Shown: in pieces, positions 57,371 through 64,000 of the stretch | Position numbering within the stretch: position 1 is the first letter of the stretch | Layout of the letters: every line of letters begins with the position of its first letter | NCBI GenBank assembly: GCA_951406725.2 | Contig: OX597819.1 | Location: 69,440,001 to 69,504,000 of the forward strand | DNA: 64,000 nt | Direction of reading: 5' to 3' | From: Octopus vulgaris | Taxonomy: Eukaryota | Notes under the pieces: generated by a model | What the model saw: only the letters and a program-made list of their open reading frames with translations | Told to the model about the DNA's origin: nothing | Database searches by the model: none | Position numbers and translations under genes: made by a program

Positions 57371-57389
57371 TGATGGAGTAAACATTATT

Positions 57390-57597
57390 CTTTTCTACTG
57401 TAGGCACAGGGTCTGAAATTCGCGTAGAGGGAGCAGTCGATCAGATCGCACCCAGTACGCAACTGGTACTTAATGTTTGACCCTGAAAGGTTAAAAGCAG
57501 AGTCGACCTCGGCGGAATTTGAACTCAGAACATAAAGACAGACGAAAAACCGCTAAGCAGTTCGCCGGCGTGCTAACGATTCTACCAGCTCGCCGCT
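57390..57597 (-). mobile_element. Nin/Deu-domain SINE
   Basis: gtcgacctcggcggaatttgaactcagaac...ccagctcgccgc. Confidence 0.85.
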
Positions 57598-57894
57598 GAT
57601 GGAGAAGAACATATTAAAATAATTACTATGATATTTATCGATGACCGAAATATTTAGCATTACCTGGGCCTTTAATACCTTACTTTTCATATTTTTATAG
57701 CTTCAGTAATTTGACTGCGGTCATAATGTATCCCAGCCCTGCAGGGTTTTAATTAAGCAAATTCCCTCCAGTACGTACTTATTTAAATCTTGGTTCTTAC
57801 CCTCTTTTTCCTATTTTTGCTGAACCGTTCAGTAACGAGAACGTAAACAAAGCATGCATTATTAGCGGAACGGGGTGCTCTACAGGATTAACAT

Positions 57895-58052
57895 CTGGGC
57901 TGTTGCTGCAGCTCATTTACAGCGGAGTTGATTGTCGCAACAAGAAATGAAGGGTTTTGCTCTGGAACACAAAACTCCATCCAGTTTGAGAATTGAAACC
58001 ATGATCTTACGAACGTATGAGCACCGCCGTAACCACTAGGCCACGCACCTGC
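57895..58052 (-). mobile_element. Old tRNA-derived Meta-like SINE head
   Basis: Minus strand gtgcgtggcctagtggttacgg...ggtttcaattctc; related to the 34345 units. Confidence 0.6.
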
Positions 58053-59124
58053 ATAAAATTCGATATAGCAGAATTCAAAATGACAACCAAAAGTAGTTTT
58101 TAAACATGGTGAAAACCATGTAAGACTGGATTTTAGATAAATATGCTGAGTAGCTTCGCAAAAAGAATTACATACGTAAACAAAATATTAATATTAAGAA
58201 CAGGTTAAGATGGGGGACTGGGAATGTATAAAATGTTAAGCGGTATTTCGTCCGTCCTTACGATCTGTATTCAAATACCACCGAGGTCGACTTTGCTTTT
58301 CATCTTTCGGGGTCGATAAAAAAAGTACCCGTTGATCACTGAGGTCGATTTAATCAACTCGGCCTCTTCCAAACTTGTATGATGTGTTACATGCCAGTCG
58401 TATGCCGTGTATGCAAGGCTTCTGACGTCTTTTGCTACTCAATTAATTTTCACTCTGTTTTTAAAACAAAAACCAGCATTCCATTGGATTTTTTTTTTTT
58501 TTTTTTTTTGGAATTGACATCGTTTGGATTTTAACGCCTTCTTCGGAAATTGGATTAACATCTTCACAGAGTTTTGTCGTGTAACCTCGTTTTTAAGGAG
58601 CAAGTTATTTCTTTATCTAATTGTCTTTGCTGGATTTTTATTTTGTTTTATTTTAGCTGTTATGTTAGTCTTTATTGGAACATTTTAAATTTCTTTTGGT
58701 TCGACTTTTGGTCGAGTCAAAAGAGCCACACCTCTCTCCTAAAAGAAGAGAAATCAAAGAATTTCTGCGATCATGAAGTAAATAATTATAAACGAGTTTC
58801 CATTGCAAAGAGACGTGCATATTTTGCGAACAGAAAAACTTGCGTTTCACCATGCAATATAATGGATTATTAAATGTTTTTAACACTCAGCTGCTAAACA
58901 ACACTGAACATTTAATATCTATGTTAGAAAGAAGCAAACAAAACCCTCGAGAATTTCCGTTCCCAAGGCCTCTATTTCCTCAGATGACGAATTTATTCGG
59001 GAGCAGGCGAAAAGTCATATGTATCACATGAAGAGATTTGTAGTTTTGTCTTACATCGAGACAACAGATAAAGAGTGCTGTGCAAGACGCCTGGACAAAC
59101 AGTTTCTTCATAGAGAGAAAAACA

Positions 59125-59230
59125 ACCTTTATACATGAGTGACTTAACCTTTATACCAGAGTGACTTGACCTTTATACCTGAGCGACTTAGTCTTTATAT
59201 CTGAGTGACTTGATATTTATATCTGAATGA
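59125..59230. repeat. 22-bp minisatellite, ~5 copies
   Basis: acctttatacctgagtgacttr units. Confidence 0.85.
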
Positions 59231-59330
59231 AAGCTTCGAAAACAAACGGATATTACGGCGCAAAGCGAACGTTCATAAACATGTGTCACATAAACATGTG
59301 GCACCTAGGGTGAGACTGAAAGGCATGGTA

Positions 59331-59547
59331 TGAGGGTGTGCTGAAAAGTTCCTGGTTTTAAGGGTGTTACGAAGAGCCTAGTTGGAGGTGCAACTTCCCC
59401 AGGTCGTTTACATGGCTTAGAAAAAGTGAAGGGCCGTTGCAATAAGTGTGTGAATCTGAGAGGGGAATACATTGAATAAAGTTATAATTAATTGATCCTC
59501 CTCTATTTTCTTTTACCCAAAGCCAGGAAATTTTCATCACCTCCTCG
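59331..59547 (+). mobile_element. Mariner-derived MITE retaining the transposase C-terminus
   Basis: TIRs tgagggtgtgctgaaaagttcctgg / ccaggaaattttcatcacctcctcg; GLEKVKGRCNKCVNLRGEYIE*. Confidence 0.82.
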
Positions 59548-60928
59548 AAAGTGACTTTAACCTATGATATAACGCGGCTTCTATCAGTGCAATGTTTGTA
59601 GGTAATAAGAGCGCAAATATCGAGAAGCGAAATGTCAGTGGGAGCAGTTAACATTGACTTGAAAGTCGTTATGATCCCTTCGGTACACCAGACCATCCCA
59701 GAACACTCGACATTCGATGAAATAATGTGCCAAACTAATATCGATATTAGATATAATCAACTGTCTGCTTCGCTACAATTTCTACCCTCTTCGCCTGTGT
59801 TAAATAGCATTTATTGTGTTTGTTAGGGAGCCGAAACCTCATCAAATCGAATAATATACTTCGAATTCTTTTCATTTTCTTCTGTTTATCTTATTTATTT
59901 ATGTTTATACATCCACATTTGTCTTGAATTCGAATCCCGCCAGGGGTTTTACATTACATTTCGTTACCTCCAGGTCAATAAAGTAACTAGCGAATCGATT
60001 AAATCGCCTGTTATCTCCCACCAAAATGCGTGGCCTTGTGCCAGGGTCGATAAAAATAATTCACATCGCCATCCTGCCGACATATACAGCAGTCGCTATG
60101 AGAGATTGTTCCTTCTTTGAAAATGTGTGTCCTCGTTCTTGCATTAACAACCAATAGTAATAGGGTTGTTGTTGTAGTTGTTGTTGCTTTTGTACACATT
60201 GCGTTATTAATTGTTAATTCAATTTCTGATTCCTTTTGTTATTGCTTCATTTATTTAGCTTGTGTTTTGAAGGTTTTGTTGGTTTGATATTTTTTCCTTT
60301 TTTTTCTTTTTCTTTTTTTTTTTTTGGCTTTTGGTTCGATTTGATTGTTCCAGTTCCCTCCCTTTCCGACGAACATACAGAAAAAAAGTCAAGTTGATGC
60401 AGTAACAACCAATTAACTGAAATTTCGATTATCGAAATTAAAATATATGAGAATCTATTCGACCGATTAGTGTAAAACGAATACAAAAATAAGAAGAAAA
60501 AAAACATGAATGATAGAAACATAAAAAAACATAGTAAAATAAATAAATAAAGGGAAATTACTATCAGTGGGAGGACATTTCGAAAAATATATAAAAATAC
60601 AGAAGGAAAAACAAATAGCAAACGAATATAAAATAAACACTACAATGATACACATACATCCAACGAATCATTACATTATTCACATATACATACGTGTTTA
60701 CTTACACACATGTATCCAATTGTACACACACTCAAACATATTGCGAGAATGTTTGAAGCAAGTATTGGTGAGACACTCAAAGAATTAAACGAACCTACAT
60801 CATCGTATTGCAACACCGATCATTTGGCATAGAAACTCAGGTAGGAATTTGTCTATACGCTATGTATAGTATAACTAAATAAAACTAATATATTACACAC
60901 ACAAATATATAAATATAAATATACATAT

Positions 60929-60961
<33 letters not shown>

Positions 60962-61111
60962 CAGAGAGAGAGAGACAGACAGAGACAGAGACAGAGAGAG
61001 AAAGACAGAGAGAGAAAGACAGAGAGAAAGAAAGAACGAGTAAGAGGGAGAGAGATACAGATATAGATGCTTCTATGTATATATACATGTGTGTGTGTGT
61101 ATATATATAGT

Positions 61112-61142
<31 letters not shown>

Positions 61143-61240
61143 GTTTATATATATATATAGGTATGTATATACATATATATATGTATGGATTTGTACATAT
61201 GTATGTATATATATATATATATCTATGTATGTATGGACAT

Positions 61241-61309
<69 letters not shown>

Positions 61310-62124
61310 CATATATATATACATACATACATATATATACCCATAGAGACACACACACACTAACACTCACATGTGAGCACATGTGTACAAAATAAGGTGG
61401 AAAAATAGTAACAGAAAGTATTATTTTAATGTATTTTATTGAATCTGAAACGACTTCAGAAAGTGTTACTCAGAGCTTCAGTGATTATCAGATTGTCGTT
61501 TCCGCCAGATTTTCAGGTATCACAGTAGATGTGTTGCTTCACATTTAGGTATTGTTCATCATGAACATCGTGTCCTGTGTTAAGTACACCAGCGTAAGTA
61601 CAATAACCGTATTTTCAAATTTTGGTGCACGGTCAACAAGTTCGGGGGTGGATTTAGTTGATTACATTGACCCCAAGCAGTACTCCAACTGGTACTTGTG
61701 TTATCGATCCGGGAAGGCGTGGCTGATCTCGGCGGAATTTGAACACAAAATGAGAAGTCGAACGAAATGCCCATAAAAACATTTTTGTCCGAAGTGCTAA
61801 TGATTCTGCCAGCTCGCCTCCTTAAACATAATAATAATAATATTCCTATCTTCTATAGAAACGAGACCTACAAGTTCATGTAAGTGTGGTAAATCGATTA
61901 CGTGGACGCCAATGCTGAACGGGTACTTGCTGCGTAATCCCATAAATAATGCGGTTTTTTTACTTGCATGAACTAAAATTTGCAGGGGAGCGGGATAAAT
62001 TACCTGCACCAACTTGTTATAAAAGCAGGCAGTAGTGCAAGTTTTGAAGAGTGCAGTTCGATTTTAACAGTTATTTTTTCAAAGTTATAATGGAAGTGAT
62101 AAAGGTGCATATTTATTAATTCTT

Positions 62125-62335
62125 CTCTACTCTAGGCACAAGGCCCGACATTTTAGGGGAGGATTCCAGTCGATTAGATAGACCCCAGTACTTAACTGGT
62201 ACTTAATTTATCGACCGCGAAAGGATGAAAGGCAAAGTCAACTTCGGCGGAATTTGAACGCAGAGCGTAAAGACAGACGAAGTACCGCTAAGCATTTCGC
62301 CCGGTTTGCTAACGTCTCTGCCAGCTTGCAGCCTT
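62125..62335 (-). mobile_element. Nin/Deu-domain SINE
   Basis: ggtacttaatttatcgaccgcgaaaggatgaaaggc = revcomp of the Nin motif. Confidence 0.88.
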
Positions 62336-63439
62336 TATTTATTTCAATAATTACCACATGGCTGTTTGCCTACACAAGCTCCTTCCCTATTTGTATATTC
62401 CTTGTTCAAATGACGCTGTGATGTATTTTTTCACACCATTTTTTAAAGATTTAGTCCAAATTGCTGCCTCTATATATGGTATTGTTTCAAAAGCAGCATC
62501 ATTGGTATTCTTATTGTCCAAGTACTGTATTACCAGAATTGGAAGATCATCGCATGAAATGCCTTTGTATATGTGTTCCGGTTCATTACGCATCTAGTTC
62601 AAATTCCACCGTGCTGCTCAAGTTTGCTTTTTCCTTCTTCTGTTTTAATATCATTACAAACACGTTATTTAACACTATAACTGTCGCCCGTCCTCGATCT
62701 TTCCATTCATTTACCCCCGTTTTCTAACCAATTGCAAGTATATATTTGCATTTCTATTTCTCTTGCTTCACTTCTCATCCTATAGGAAATCCTACAATTT
62801 TAAATATATAATTTTCATCTCTGTTATGGTTCCATCTTGACACCAAGCCTCTATTTCATTACCAATGTCTGTAACATCTGACAATACCGTAATCATCTGC
62901 AACCATTCTTTTATTGAGAGTAATGTTTCTTGATGTTTTCTACGTACAATTCAGCATCCCTTCCATTAACTGTATATTTTTGCAATAGTGACATATTTCG
63001 TTTCTATTCTTTTACGTGACACCTTTCAACATTTACACATTCCATTATTAAATCTTTCGTCTGTTTTGCCCCACAACCAACAGTCGCTATCTTACGAGCT
63101 TCACTAATATTTTTACTTTCATATGCTTTTATTTGTATAATATTTCTTCTTTTCCATTATCCGCATTTTTAGTCTTCCATTCTCAACCAATCACAAAACT
63201 TTTCTTTATTTTCGCAACACAAACTGATCATGTAACACGTTTGTTTGCAGTCTTACGTGTTTCCTATTCTTTTTTTATCTATTCTAATCCCTTTCTGATA
63301 ATATGTGTTCGTCACTGATCTTATTCGCTGCGCACATAAGTTTTTTTCTAATTTATTACCACGATTCTCTTTTCTCCTATTATTCACCATTCTAATCTAT
63401 ACGCTACATTAAAATTCCACCGGCATCTATATTTTCTTT

Positions 63440-63842
63440 TCTACTCTATGCACAAGGCTCGAAATTTTGGGGGACGGGGCCAGACGATGAGGTTGACCCT
63501 GGGACGTAGTTTATCGACCCCGAAAGAATGAAAGACAAAGTCGACCTCGGCGGAATTTGAACTCAGAAAAAGAAAGCAAATGAAATGAAGGTAGCGGCAG
63601 ACGAAATACCTATTTCTTTACTACCCACAAGGGTTTAAACACAGAGGGGACAAACAAGGACAGACAAACGGATTAAGTCGATTATATCGACCCCAGTGCG
63701 TAACTGATACTTAATTTATCGACCCTGAAATGATGAAAGGCAAAGTCGACCTCGGCGGAATTTGAACTCAGAAGTAACGGCAGACGAAATACGGCTACGC
63801 ATTTTGCCCGGCGTGCTAACGTTTCTGCCAGCTCGCCGCCTT
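63440..63842 (-). mobile_element. Two tandem or nested Nin/Deu-domain SINE units
   Basis: Two copies of aaagtcgacctcggcggaatttgaactcagaa with different tails. Confidence 0.85.
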
Positions 63843-63867
63843 CTAACTACATCTATATTTTCTAGAC

Positions 63868-64000
63868 ATAGGTGCAGGCATGTTTGCGTGATAAATTAGC
63901 TTGCTTTGAAACCGCATGGTCTTAGGTTCGATCCCGCTTCGCGGCATTTTGGGCACACGTCAACGTCTCCTACTATAGCTACGCGCTTAATCCATCGTGA
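63868..64000 (+). mobile_element. Old CORE-like SINE head
   Basis: ataggtgcagg...gcatggtcttaggttcgatccc...tttgggca...ctactatagc. Confidence 0.7.

Noticed and set aside
59125-59230. CRISPR-like array
   Set aside because: Contiguous tandem units without unique spacers, in a eukaryotic context
61462-61495. Minus-strand CTGATAA-tcact-GAAG-ctctgag-TA, a family A-like relic
   Set aside because: Two core mismatches and no stem II; at most a dead remnant, so not listed as a feature

Overview
AT-rich, microsatellite-saturated animal DNA. The SINE families and repeat landscape look like Octopus (coleoid cephalopod), which is an inference from family recognition. No host protein-coding exon can be supported, and nearly all ORFs in the track are translations of (TA)n, (CA)n, (TATG)n, (GGAA)n or triplet repeats. 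Recognisable contents are: many tRNA-derived SINEs (CORE-like, Nin/Deu-domain, Meta/V-like), decayed R4/Dong-type RLE LINEs, Tc1/mariner relics and MITEs, and a non-autonomous Helitron. The most interesting signal is a set of short non-coding elements, mostly inserted into (TA)n tracts, that carry type-I minimal hammerhead ribozyme (HHR) motifs with palindromic helix III. At least five distinct families are present. Their layouts are either monomer plus terminal redundancy (536 and 547 nt periods) or inverted pseudo-LTRs with a fixed breakpoint. This suggests a diverse cephalopod retrozyme / Penelope-like pLTR system, including a family with a fixed non-canonical core (A6U plus an extra A). 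All folds and alignments were done by eye, and ribozyme activity is untested.
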